A stretch of 64,000 nucleotides of DNA, from contig NC_047070.1 of NCBI RefSeq assembly GCF_902459465.1, positions 17,794,001-17,858,000 of the forward strand, written 5' to 3'. Below the pieces are notes generated by a model. That model was not told the DNA's origin, did not search any database, and worked only from the letters and a program-made list of their open reading frames with translations. Position 1 is the stretch's first letter; each line of letters starts with the position of its first letter. This document shows positions 25,564 through 38,400 of the stretch, in pieces. Both the position numbers and the translations under genes were made by a program. This DNA is from Asterias rubens. Taxonomy: Eukaryota.

Positions 25564-27238
25564 ATTGTAATAATTTGCTTGCTATAGACCAAAGTCGATT
25601 CAACATTTGTTTACTTTGGTAAAACATTTGCAACTTCATGCACTCTGACACTTGAACATCAATAATGTGAGTTTATCATGTCCTGAAGTGTCTATGACAC
25701 TGAGTAAACTTGCGGGTACAAATATCAAATCAAATATCTGTTGGGAGAAGTGTTGGTTCTGAGAAGAACCATTTTGGTCTCTCATAACCCATACCTCTCC
25801 CATCAGAGATTGTTTGCATGCCTTTACATCTGCATGTTACCTATTTATAGTTAAATGTTTTACCAAAGCAACAGTTTTTTTACAATGAGAAACTGAGATT
25901 TGAAAAAGATGTAATTGACAAATTGAAAAGCATCACATTGTATCTCATAGTTGGTCCCGGGCTGACCATAAATTTTAATATCACTCTTGAAATATCTGGC
26001 ACACGCTTTAGCTATAACTATTTTATACTAAGTATTTTTCTTTCATTATAATAAATTATCTATATCACTCGCACACAACACAAGTACCTCTACTCATAAA
26101 ATGGTTTAGAAATCTTCAGTGTAAGGTTTGTACTCTTTAAGACAACTCATAACATGGAAGTTGACAAAGCACCTTTTGGATTCCTTTAGTTTCTGATCAT
26201 TGCACCATTTTGATTGTTCAATGCCTTAAAATATTATCATGAATCCAAACATTTCTGAATTGCTAAAAAACTAAAAAATAATCAACAGATAAAAATCAGA
26301 TTTACCAAACTATGTGAATGGTGGCATGAATTTGCGCTGACAGGCTTTCCCAGACAGATTTATAATTGCCTGTAACTCCCCCACATTTTATAGCAGCATT
26401 GATTTTTCTTCTTCTTTGGCATTTTAGGTTTCCTTAATTTGTTTGCTTCAAATCACTGTACTAAATATGTATTTGTTGGACTGGTTACAATTTGCATTAT
26501 TTGTGTTTTGGCTTATTTTGTAACATCTATTGTTTTCACATTATGCAACATGAAACTTATTCAGAAAATACTATGGATATATTTTGGATGATCCAAAAAG
26601 AAATATTTTAGAAAAGTGTTCATTGCAACTGAACTCAAGGCATAAAATAAATACAAGACATTCAATGTGAATGGTATGTTTCTTTGGAAGGCTATCTCGC
26701 GAAAGCCAAATCATAAACCTTGCATAATATTCCATATAGAAGACGAGATACCTCTCTAATGCAACCTTATACTAAGCTACCTTTACCTCTAATACTAAAT
26801 AATGTTTGCTCTGTTTAAACAAAACTAATAATGCCTCTTTCTGCCCTTAATGAAAGGGTCATAGATTATTTTGGTTTTTTTAAAGTTTATCCCTTGAGTA
26901 TCTTTGATCTACATGAACATTTTCTGTGTTGCTATCACATAATGTATACCTGGATCTCCTCTTGACCAATCTGAACAGATAAACTGTCCCAGGTAATTTT
27001 GAATTATCCTTTAAAGGGAAATAAACAACTTAAAAATTGTATACCTTGTTGGTGTTTTAATACTATATCACACATTCAAAACATATTTCTAACATAAAAA
27101 AAAACAAAAACTCAGACTTAATTACATGCAAAGGCTAATTCCTTCTCGGAAAGCATTTAACAAAAAAACAATGTCATGAATGTTTAACACAAGAAATAAT
27201 GTACAAATAAAAAACAGAACCTTGGAAGTTTGGACTGG

Positions 27239-27437
27239 ACCAGCCCTATTTTATAGAGCTGCTCAAGCAGAAAATAGTGCTCAAAACTTATCTGGTTAGC
27301 ATAAATGCACAGAATACCAGTCACAAATATTGTAATGTGACATCATTGTATTTCAGCTGGTAACCCTTCCTTGGTAAGCATATTAATGTGCATAGCTATT
27401 TTGTGCTTAAGCAGCTCCAGTTGAAATTGGGCCCTGG
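27239..27437. mobile_element. MITE copy (GGGCCCAATTTCAT TIR family)
   Basis: ccagccctattttatagagctgct ... agcagctccagttgaaattgggccctgg. Confidence 0.65.
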
Positions 27438-27510
27438 TTCTTGGCGGAATGAGACAGCCAGCTACCTCTTGGAACCATGGTGGGGGAGTTGAAGAAAGCG
27501 TCAAGAGACT

Positions 27511-29727
27511 TTAGCTTAGGATATGAGTAATGTGACCCTGTCAGAGATGGAGAGAAAGTTTGTCAAAATTTGCTACTTTTTTAATTGTAACTACTGAGTA
27601 AGCACACAATCTTGCTTACTGTTGAGCAACGATATGAAATTGGTCCCTGGTGTTCCTGATCGATCCCCATTCATGGTTTATGTCCTTGACCTTTAAAGCA
27701 ACATAGGGCTTATACATTACCATAATTGCTTTGTCCTTCAAATGGGACATTAAGACGGAGGTCCTGTATACTAGGATTGGTAGTGCAAGTAAAAGAACCC
27801 ATACCCTTATTGTGGAAGCGTAGGAGTTTCTGGTTCTTTGCAAGGGCTTCCTCAGGCTTGCGAGCTGCACTAATTAAGTGCACTAATGATGCATCTTTGG
27901 TTTCTTGACCAAAAATATATGCATTGACGAAATGAGTTACAATCATGGCACACAGATTTTTATTCCTCAGGTCTCAGACATCCCTGATTATACAGTACTT
28001 ATCACACATTGGTGTCTTGGTACAGTACAGGTACACAGGTGATACATAGATTTAACCTTTGACCATTTACTTTAACCATTGACCCCTACCAACCCACCCA
28101 CTACCCCACCATCATCTACTTACCGACTCTCCTGAACGACATCTTTGACAAACTTTTCTCTGTTGACTCTGCTGTAAAAGAAAGGAACAATAACAAATAT
28201 TAGACGCTTGTAGGTGAAACAAGAAGTCAGGTGCTCTCACCTCCTTCATCTTGATAAAGTTTTTCACTTAAGGCACTTGACCTTTATAATTAACATACTT
28301 TCTTTTTTATTAAAAAAAAAATGAAACATAGAAAATTTCAAAAAAATACCTCCAAATGCTGTGATAATGCTGCAGATGTTGCATCTCCTCCTGCAGTCAT
28401 AACGTAACAAGAACTTTGCATAGCATCGGCTGGAATGTGTGGATGGCAAGATGAGGCATGTATGGTTTCCATGGCAACAGGGTCATTCTTCATTGACGAG
28501 AAAGCGTTTCCGCCGAGTGAGATGCCTGTACACTCCGATGTTGGGCCCACTTGCTGTAATAAAAAGCTTGAAACTCCATTGCACATACGTTTCTGTCCCT
28601 TCAAAGAGAAAACATAATCAGATGATTACTACATGAAGCTATTTAATAAAATATATACACCAAATGTTTTGTAATTGAAAAAGGTTACTAACATAGCAAG
28701 CAAATATCTGATGATCTGATTCTGAAACAATGAAGATCAATATTGCGAGCATTGTTTTAGTTGTGATTTGAATCGTAACCCTCCACCTCCATCCTCCTGG
28801 CACAGTCTCAGATGGGAAGGTAAAAGGAATCATAACAAAAGGTAACAAATCACTGAATTAATGGGCAATTTCAATGATTTCTGCTAGGACTAGTCTATAG
28901 TCACCAGGGCCTAGTTTTATGTCATGGCTCTGCAAACTACCAAATTCTGCGCTTCAATCATCAATCTCTCTCTGCTTGCTTGCACGGTTTGAAGGGTGAA
29001 ATTCTGCACTAGCTCAGCTCATCAGCTGTGTAAGCGAAGGATGCCTTTGTCCTATCACTTGAGCAATCATGCCTAGTACCCGTACACGGTACTTCTAGTA
29101 CTACTAAGTACTAGTTGTCATACGTAGTCGTAGATAGAAACGTTATGACATGAAGGTGGAGTATGCACACGCAGCAGAAGCCAAAGTTCCCGCTAACCCT
29201 ATTCCCCGCTTTTGAAAAAAAGGAGTACAGCACCCCAATATTAATTATTATTGTTGTAGCCAGGTAACCATGGGAACCTGGCAACTGGGTCTAGATTCGC
29301 CCATTTTTTACCACATCCACAATCATTCACCTCAGAAATCAAGAACATTCTTGTTCTCAGAACACCGTACACGGATTCAATCTTAATTGTGTAACTGTGT
29401 AAATTACTAAAATAGTATTAGTATTTAGCAGTTAACAATAAATAACAATAACATGGTTAATTTAAATCAGATTAAATCAAATCATGGCACTCAAATTTGT
29501 CATCGAAATAAATGTATTGAAATCAATCAAGTTAGTCACTCAGTCACTGACACTGATGATTATTTTACCCCCGTGTATTTATTAAAACAAAAAAAACTTA
29601 CAGGCATGAGGTTCAACTCCACGTGTCTTTTGTTGTTGTGCGCTGCACTAGCACTACCATCATGATCATCACGATCGTAAACATTTTGGTCACAAAGATG
29701 GTAGCTTCTTTTCCGCATAATTTCCAT
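27511..29727 (-). CDS. C10orf143-like small protein, 134 aa
   Basis: Four phase-0 exons: 29727-29602, 28553-28350, 28171-28124, 27537-27511. Product MEIMRKRSY...QRKVCQRCRSGES|GHITHILS*. The C-terminal CxRCxxGESGHxxH motif resembles the recalled human C10orf143 end (CPRCIAGESGHFSH). Confidence 0.7.
28465..28478. promoter_or_regulatory. RFX X-box match (GTTTCCATGGCAAC) inside a coding exon
   Basis: Full match to the X-box consensus GTHNYYATRRNAAC. Confidence 0.4.
29264..29277. promoter_or_regulatory. RFX X-box match (GTAACCATGGGAAC)
   Basis: Full consensus match followed by a GGCAAC half-site; intronic and close to the divergent promoter. Confidence 0.45.
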
Positions 29728-29850
29728 CGAAAGCAAACTTTGGAGATTGATTCAAAAGTGTTAGTTAGGAGCTATGGGATATATGGAATCACACTGCATA
29801 AAAACAATTAGTCAAAATCCTGTCCAAGTCTGTCTAGACGGAAGATTAAG

Positions 29851-30668
29851 CACGTGTTGTTGTTGATGTTTACTTCCTTCTGCGACTCACCGGCGGACAG
29901 TTCTATTCAAATTTTGAGCTCAATGAATAATGTGACCACATTTATTTCCTTACGAGAAATCTGATTGGCTAATAGAATTTTATTTATTACCATCTATTGT
30001 CAACTAAAACAGTAATTCGTAGCGATTTAATGTTCAAAAGTATCAATTAACACTTTATATTGTATTTTGAGACATTTGTATTAGTTTTAATCTACGGTGA
30101 ATATTTGGTGTATTGTACTCGGATTATTTTGTGTTTGTCATGTGTGTTTGTTGACCAATCAGAACGCGTTTATACTAGTTTGCGTTGTTCCGGCCAAACT
30201 TGAGAATTGTCCCAACTGCAGTTGGGACCGGTCCCCAATTGATTCTGACTAGTCTTGATGAGAGACCCTTGTTGTGTTCATTTTTTACAAATAATCCAAC
30301 GTTGGTGGCGCTATCCTCCGAGAGCCGCTCTCATCTCCGTTGAGCTGTGTGTAGTTGTGAGACCGTTTCGTGGGGAAAGTTGCACAAATCACCCCGAGGT
30401 GGTCTTGTGCCAAGACTAGTTGGTGACTTATCTTTGGATCCCAGTTTATAGTTGGGCTGTCCAAACTGAAACACTCCAGTTGGGACCAATCCCAACAGTT
30501 GGGACGGAACAGCATTTTTTGTATACAACAGACAGCCAGAGATTCAGCAGCCTTTGAAAACCAAAACGGAGTACAAACTATCTTAATAAAATAAAAATAA
30601 CAGGTGACACATTTGGAGATTCGCCTCAATTTTGATGTGAACTTAAACTCACTGGAACAGCCACGTTT
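29851..30668. promoter_or_regulatory. Divergent promoter region between C10orf143-like (-) and MAP9-like (+)
   Basis: Lies between ATG 29727 (-) and the first + strand donor at 30669. E-box CACGTG 29851-29856, ETS/FOX-type GGAAGTAAACA (minus) 29867-29877, CCAAT boxes at 29964-29968 and 30155-30159. Confidence 0.55.
30209..30505. mobile_element. Putative 297-bp MITE with self-palindromic GTCCCAACTG termini
   Basis: Left gtcccaactgcagttgggaccggtcccc and right ccagttgggaccaatcccaacagttgggac form an imperfect inverted pair of about 30 bp. Confidence 0.5.
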
Positions 30669-31343
30669 GTAAGTCGTTTCGTTGTTATAATAAATTATTA
30701 ATCATATTTATTTTGTACTTGTAAAATTGTATTACAATTACATACAAATACAACTTACAAATACAAGTTGTATTGTTGTAGTAGTACTCCTAGTATAGTG
30801 TAGCTCTTTATTGACTTATTTTTATTTTGTATGTCCGAATTGTTGGTTTCCCAGATTGCAACCCAAGTCTGTAGGTAGGCCTACTCGTAATTCTGTTGTC
30901 TATCTGTAGACTGTACAGTACACCCAGACCGCCCAGACCAGATAGATAATGAATAATTTATAAACAAAAAGTTATAACTCATTCCATTTTAAAACTAAAA
31001 GTGCATTGTGCGGATTGTGTGTCGAGAACTAGACATGCTAGAAATAGAACAGTGGTAGACAAATTGTAATGAGTATTATGACACAGACTACAGCTGTGTT
31101 TTGTCATTGTTGTGTTATATATACACTGCAGCACTACATCGAGTTGCTATATGTAGGGAATATGAGTACATGTATGTGACAACTTAGCTCTGGTTTAGGT
31201 CTATACAATGCCAACACAAATTTGACTCAAACTTTCTTTACTTTTTTTCCTGATTTCTGTGGAATCCTTAGTGATGACGGCAAATGTAAGGGGTCTATTA
31301 TTGCTTAAGACTGGTTCTCCACTAAATATTGTTACTAATTTAG

Positions 31344-31494
31344 TAAGGCACTGAACACTATAGTATTGGTAATTACTCAAAATAACCATGCAAAAAAAAC
31401 TTCTTGATGAACGAGCAGTGGACAGCTATCGAAAGTGTAAAATATCGTGAGAACCTGGTCTTTGACAATTACCAAAGGTGTCTAGTGCCTTTTA
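31344..31494 (+). mobile_element. Internally deleted Kolobok-like non-autonomous DNA element
   Basis: taaggcactgaacac..attggtaattactcaaaa left end and ggtctttgacaattaccaaaggtgtctagtgcctt right end, as in the copy at 46707. Confidence 0.6.
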
Positions 31495-31724
31495 GCAGGA
31501 TGTTCTGCCAAACAGCTTAAATCTGAGTCTGATACAATCGCTTGGCTTATAGCCAATAGATTATGATCTTAGAAATTTTCTGTTTTAAAAGTACCTTGTA
31601 TGCACATGATCAAGCCGAATGCTTTTTTGCATTTGAAGGTCGATGAGAGTTAATTAAAGTTGATGAAAACAGTAACTGAAAATCTGTTTAAAGTCTTTGT
31701 CTTATATATACAGTTGGGTCAGTC

Positions 31725-31860
31725 GGGTTGGTGTAGTGGTATCTTTCCTTGCCTTATTCCTCTAGTACCAGGTTCGAATCCTGCTGGTTGCACTACTATG
31801 ATTTGGTTTTCAGTGCCTACTTGATTGCATGAATTTTCCCAGGAATAATTTGTCTATGGT
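31725..31860 (+). mobile_element. tRNA-derived SINE (family C)
   Basis: ggttggtgtagtggtatc...GGTTCGAATCC...ggttttcagtgcctac; related copy at 60060-60170. Confidence 0.55.
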
Positions 31861-32433
31861 TTTCCTCCCACATCTAAATCTGAACTTCCTTCTCTTGTCT
31901 TTTCTCCATGATTCTTTGCTAGTAGAGTGATTAGGTTTGCTTTTCTGTGAGTGTTTGTATTCACATTCAAAAGTACAATGCACTGTTAAAGTTCGCAAGT
32001 TAGTTTCCATTAGCAATGTATGTGGGACAAAAAATGTTCCATTACGCCCAAGACTTGCATGGTGTATAGCAAGGTTGGTGGAACATGTTTTTTTCCCCTG
32101 AAATATCTGGTCCACGAACCTTCAGATCTGTAATTTCTACTAGAGGAAAAAAGGCTGAGGTTCAATAATTCTGCCAACTATTCTAATTCTTTATCGATCA
32201 TCTTATTAAAGGTAAAGTATTGGTTTTTTAACCGGAATGTGTAATTAGCTCTAACTGTTTTTCCTTTTTTTCTCAAAAAATAAAAAAATCATTTTAATAA
32301 TTAAGAATTGTATAATTTGATACAGATAATTATACATGGGTAGCAACACCAACCTGTGAGATGAGCATTTTTACAGCTGAGAAGACGTCAGATTTGACTT
32401 TCGAATTTTGTAATTGAGGAGCAGCTTGCCGAA

Positions 32434-35400
32434 ATGCCGATTAAAGGTACGTTCAATAAAGTTTTGTATGTACTTACTTATTGACCAACTGTAGAATGTT
32501 TGTTTTTAGGAGACACATGTAAACTTGTTGTACATGGCAAAATAATTGTTATGAAATTGTTTTTACTCATTTCTCAAAACACAGCACATCAGCAACTAAT
32601 GTTTTAAGGGAAGCTTTCTACCACCATTATCTTTAAACCGTGTAAGTTTAATATGAATCTGCACGTTTTTGTTTTGTGTCGTACATCAAGTACCCAAACC
32701 CTTTAAGACAGTGTTAAGGCGCATTTAGCAAACCCCTTCTCATAGTGACAGACCTGTGTAAGTGGGCTCTTTTACATGTGTTACACAACACACAGGACCA
32801 AAGGCTTAATGTCCCATCTCTGAAGGACTAAGCATTAATGGTTTTACGTCAACACCAGGTCCCAATTTCATGTAGCTGTTTCTGCTAAGCAGAAAATACT
32901 GCTGAGCAAATTTCTATGCAAAGCAAAAAAAATGGGTGGGTCACCAGTCACATCATTGTAAACGTTATGGTCTTATGACTGGTAATAAGTTTCTGCTAAG
33001 CAATATGTGTACAGCAAGCTTTTGTGGTTACGGGCTCTATGCAATTGGGCCCAGGAGTCAAACTGATGAAATTTATCTACTGGTACAATCCAAACTTTGA
33101 TGTTACTTGAGTGTAACTGTAAATTTCAAGGTTATATGTATGTGCGTACTTTATGATAAGCTGTGATAAAAAAAAACAATTGTTCGTAGGTTAGGTGCTT
33201 GTCATTGGTATGAGTTGCATGGTACTCAATCCAAAAGCCAGTGATCAAACTTAATTTTAAATTATATTCTCCAGGTGGCCCAACCGACCCTCAAGGGAAA
33301 TCTAAAAACTTTGACGAAGAACTCAGGATGAAGCTCAAAGATCGCAAGAGGAGAGGGCTGACCACTGGGCTGAGTGACACAGCAGAAGAGAGTAACAGCG
33401 ATGTGAGCTCAGATGACATTGGTGGAGGGGATGGTAAGTTAAGGCTCTGCCATCAGATTTTTATAAAGCAGTTGAGCAGAAAATACTACTTAGCCAATTT
33501 CTAGGCTCAGCGCAAACATTAGTGGGGCTTCTGTCGCAAAAATTATAACTTTATGGAATGTTGGCTGGTAGCCTGTTTTTGCTAGGCAAGATCTTCTTGT
33601 GCTTACAGGTTTTTATTAAATTAGGCCCAGGTCCTAATTTCATAAAGCTGTTAACCAGAAAATACTTCTTAGCAAAATTCTAGTCGAGCAAAAATCAAGT
33701 GGGGCACCAGTTGCAATGGATTTTCGGCTGGTAACTCCCCTTGATTTGCTTTTCATCAACCCTTTTGATTTGCTTTTCTTTTTTGTTCAGATTTCTTATC
33801 ACAGTTCACTGCAAGTGCTGCCCCGAAAAGCCAAACGTCCTCCTTCAGTGGATCCTCCAAACCTTGGGCACCCCCAGTCGCAACCCCTCGTCAGCAGGCC
33901 AAGGGGAATGCCTCACCGTCCCCCTCACCAAGGGGCCTACCACCATCACCTAAGGGTATTCCCTCCCCAAGGGGTCTCCCCTCACCAATACCTCGTGCTA
34001 GAACAAGATCTATCGACAAACCTGAGGAAGCTTCCAAGAGAAGATTGTCATCCTCCTCTGAGGCCGTCTCACCAAGGAGTGGTGTGCACCCAAAGGATCT
34101 GGCAAGCACTCCACTTCCGAAGCCTCGTTCAAGGACAAATACCGTGGACTTGGATTCTCCAGGAAGGAAATCTTCAGTAGACTCTCCAAGAATGAAGTCC
34201 GATCAGTCCGAAGTTGATAAACTTCTCGGACTGGCTCCACTGAAGACAACCCCAAGGAGAAAGGACTCCCGAGGGGATGACCCGTTTGGAACAAAACCAA
34301 GCTCAAAGTTTCGCAACGAGTCCCCAGAGTCTAGAAGGAAAACCAGATCACCGTCAATTATTGACGATTTACTTGGCGATGACCCAAAACCAAAAGCACG
34401 CAGTAAATCGCCAGAACCAAAATTTCGCAATAAATCTCCAGAGCCAAAAGTCAGATCAAGACTTGAAGCTGAGGAGTCGCCGGTCAGCAGCAGGAAAATT
34501 AAACCAAGGAGTGGATCAATGAGCAAGGGATCCAAATCCCCTGAGTTGACATCTAAAAATAACTCTGTACTGGATGACCTTCTTAATGGCGACGGGAAAA
34601 AAACAAAATCACGCGGCAGTTCCCCAGAGCCTAAAGGACAAAACAGATCTCCCTCTATCTTAGATGATCTCCTAAATGGGAGTTCAAACAAAAAGCCAGA
34701 AAAAGGGAAACCAAAAGCTGAGACGGACAATGTCTTAGATGATCTACTTGGTATGGCCAAGAAGCCTAAATCAAGAAGTGGCTCACCAGAACCCAAACCC
34801 AAACCAAGATCTCGTGGCGGTTCACCTCCACCTCTCGATAGATCTCGGCAAAGAAAGTCAATTCTTGATTCGGATGGGAGTGAAGATGATAACAAAGTGA
34901 AGAGGAGAAATAAAACAAAATCTCCATCACCCTCGAGAAAAGGAAGCCCCAAAGTGGCCCACCCACCTCCTAGACGCCAGAAAGGTCTCTTGGATTCCTC
35001 TGATGAAGATGATGATTTCAATCGAAGAGGGAAACCTAGATTGCCATCGGCCAAGACCACCGGCAGTGGAAAATCTCAAACTCGAAGAGGCATTTTGGAT
35101 TCTTCCGATGATGATACTGATGATAAGAGAGTCTCAAAATCCAAGCCTCTCGGAAGATCAAGATCTCCTTCTCCGAAAGGGTTCAAGACGTCTGCGCCAT
35201 CACCTAAACCTCGATCCCGACCTGGAACTGCTGACACTAAAGCACCCTCCAAACCTGAGCCCAAGAAACAGGGCTTCAAAGTGGATGATTTCCTTGATTC
35301 TGGCTCTGATTTTGATTTTGATGGAAAGCCAGCCAATGGTAAGCCCTCTTTGCTGGATGTTCTTGAGAATCAGCAGAGTCCCAAGAGCAGAAAGAAGAAG

Positions 35401-38400
35401 AAGAAAATGGGGAGGAATGCTTTGGAGGACAGCGATGATTCAGATGATGGAGATGTTTTCCACAGACCATCTTCTAAGAAAAAGCCTCCAGTCATATCAG
35501 GGAGGAGACCTAAGGTAAATTAATTATTGTACACTTATTTACGGTTAAACCCATAATTTATGCTGGTAATGAGCAAAAACATTTGCAAATGCTTTTTCAA
35601 TGTCAGTTCTGACTTTTTAAATAGTTATTGTGAAAATTTGTTTTCATCTGCAAACTGTGATGTTTCAGAAAGTCAGTGTCCAAACACCTAAATTCTTCAA
35701 TTTCATCAAAGATTCGATTTTTCAAATGAAAATAAATAATTATGAAATGAGTAAAGTGGTTGGACAAAATGTCCCTTTCTGCAGTTTCCCTATTTGTATC
35801 GTAAAATCATATTTACTTAGGGAGAATAACATGCATAAACATTTGTCTTGTGCAATCAATATTTGTATGAAACATTTTGATTGCTTTTTGCTGCTTTCAT
35901 AGGAGGGTTATCAAAGTGCTGATGAAGAAGATGGTGGAAAAGATAAGACACAGTAAGTACAACTTAATATCAAATTGAAGCAAAATTACTTTAAAGTGTT
36001 GTGTGACCCATACAGAGAAATTGTTGGAATCACAATAAGCAATTATTTTGAGCAGTCTAGCTCCCCTTACCCAAGCTCCGTTGTTGTCAGCAGCAGAGTG
36101 TGGGTTCGAATCCCAGTCGTGACACTTGTGCTCTTGAGCAAGGCACTTGGCCATAATTGCCTCGTAAAAGTTGGGGGTAGTCAATTCTGCTCTACTTGCC
36201 AGGCTGGTAGTGGATGAAACACATGCCTACATCCTTACAGGCTGTGAATGGGGTAACTCTGTTTCAGCCCCAGGATTCCACGGCAACGTGCCCCAGGGGG
36301 AGTTGATTTGGGTTGATGGTCAAGTAAAGTGTAGCCCTCACCATGAAGTGGCCACCCATGGCTTTGTGGTGTTAGACGATCTCTCATGTACAACAAAAAT
36401 GTAACAAGTAAAAATCCTTCTTAAAACAGGTCAAAGGTTGTCAAGCCAACACCCAAGCGCCCAGGTTCCACTGCCAGTAGCACTGGAGGCAACTCTCTTA
36501 ACTCCAGCCTAAACAGCAGCATCAATATCCAAGACTCCTCCAGTATTCGGCAGGCTATCTATGATGAGTGGAGGGCCCAGAAGCAGGTAGTCTTAGTCAA
36601 ACAAGCCAAGGAAAAGAGGAAGAAAGAAAAGGAAGAGATCAAGAAGAAGGAACTGGTGAGAAAAAAACTTGTTAAGGCGTGGAAATATGATTATTAGATT
36701 TCTGAACAGTACTATAAATGTTGCCTCTGTAGTGTTGTATTTTCTATTTGGGGGAATTTGCAATTTGAATGTACATGTGTTGTGAACTTCAGTAGTGTTC
36801 TTTTTTGTTATTGTTTAGATTCTTAATATCTATGGGGTTCTTGGGTAGAACAGTGATTAGATTTGCTTTTATGAAAGGCCTTGGCTTGACAACCAGAATA
36901 AATTAAATGAAATGACAGTTTAAAGTGTTATCTTTGCAGGCGGTGCTTGAGAAACGAGCAGAGTCGGCTGCCTCTTTCAATGCCTGGAAGGAGAACAAGA
37001 AAGGAACCCTGCCAAACAAGGCCAAGGAAGAGGAAAAGAAGAAGAAGAAACTACAAGAAGAAAAGGAGAAGAAAATGATGCAGACAGTTCACGCCAAAAA
37101 GGTTGGATTAAGATCATCAGATCATAATTCCTTTGCAAAAGTCTCCCTGTGCATATTTGTCAGGCCAGAACTTTACAATCTTTTTAAATCTCTGTTAAAA
37201 ACTTTGAAGCTGCTTATTTGTAATTATATCGTTCACTCTTTGTATATTTTATTGTTCTCTTATGCACCTAGAGGCATTTTGCATTAGGCGCTTTTCATTA
37301 TTATTATTATTATTATTATTATGTTGATTGTGCTTAGGCATTCGAGGCATGGAAAGGAGACAAGGATGAACATCTGAAGGAGCAGCATCGGAAGAAAGTC
37401 AGAGGCGAACTTGAGAAGACTCGAAGCTTGGAAGATGAGAAGGAGATGAAGCAGAAAGATTCACAGTCTGCTTTTAGAAAATGGTAAGATACTCAAACCC
37501 ACTTTCACTCCTTCCTCATTCGACCACACCCTCCATCCTCATTTATTTTAGGCATTTATTACCATTGTTTCTAACCATTTTGCCTTTTTTGATGTATAAT
37601 TGTGTAATTCATTTGAAAAATACTACATACTGAATTACAATGTGTGTAATGTGTGCTAAAAACAGTTTGATGGTTATTTTGGAGTGAGTTTAATCAAGCT
37701 TCTGGATGATTTAAACTGTTTGACTCTCAGGATTTTTTCTTATTAAGTTTCATTTATCCATTGTGTTATATCTGTTGGAAATGGTGAAGACATTCATGTC
37801 CATTGATGTTAACGTTTTGCCTTGATGTTTATTATGTAAATCATTTGAAGGAAACAATGCATGCTGAGTGTGTGGAATGTGTGTACATGTACATGTATAA
37901 TTATAATGCCACCCTTAAAACTGTATGGTTCACTTTGGCTGTAGGAATATGTGATGTTTTATAATAATAATAATACATTGCTTTATCACTCCTAAGTGCA
38001 TCTCAAAGCTCTTGTTATTCTTTCTACATTGTTAAGCAGAGCTATGTAATATATTTTGAAGCACCATGTTTTTTAGTGCCAAAGCAGACCTTCAACTCTC
38101 TCGCTCTCTCTGATTCTAAACCAGTATTTCCATGTTCCTAACAATCCCTGATTATGGTATTTTCCCCCTTCCATATTGAATGTAATTTTTTTTTCTATGA
38201 TTCTCTTCTTATTTCTATAGTTCTCTCTGGTAGAAAACTGAAAAACACATTGTATAAAGTGCTGCTTGGAACTTTCATTTGTCTGTCTTTTTGTTCTAAT
38301 AATGAAAAATTTGTTACAGGTCTAAGTATGAAACAAAATTATTAAACTAGTGACCAATGTTACTTAATGTTATATTTTTTAATGTTATGTACACCAAGTG

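Noticed and set aside
27466-28171. These exons as the 5' coding part of the Mieap-domain gene
   Set aside because: The phase-0 reading yields a complete CxxC/HxxH small protein, and the Mieap start exon has an in-frame stop before its ATG.
29606-29665. Signal-peptide-like MRFNSTCLLLLCAALALPS
   Set aside because: Antisense to C10orf143-like exon 1 and stops immediately.
34203-35060. 285-aa antisense ORF
   Set aside because: It mirrors the K/S/P/D-rich sense codons of the MAP9 exon, which lack antisense stops; no independent protein features.
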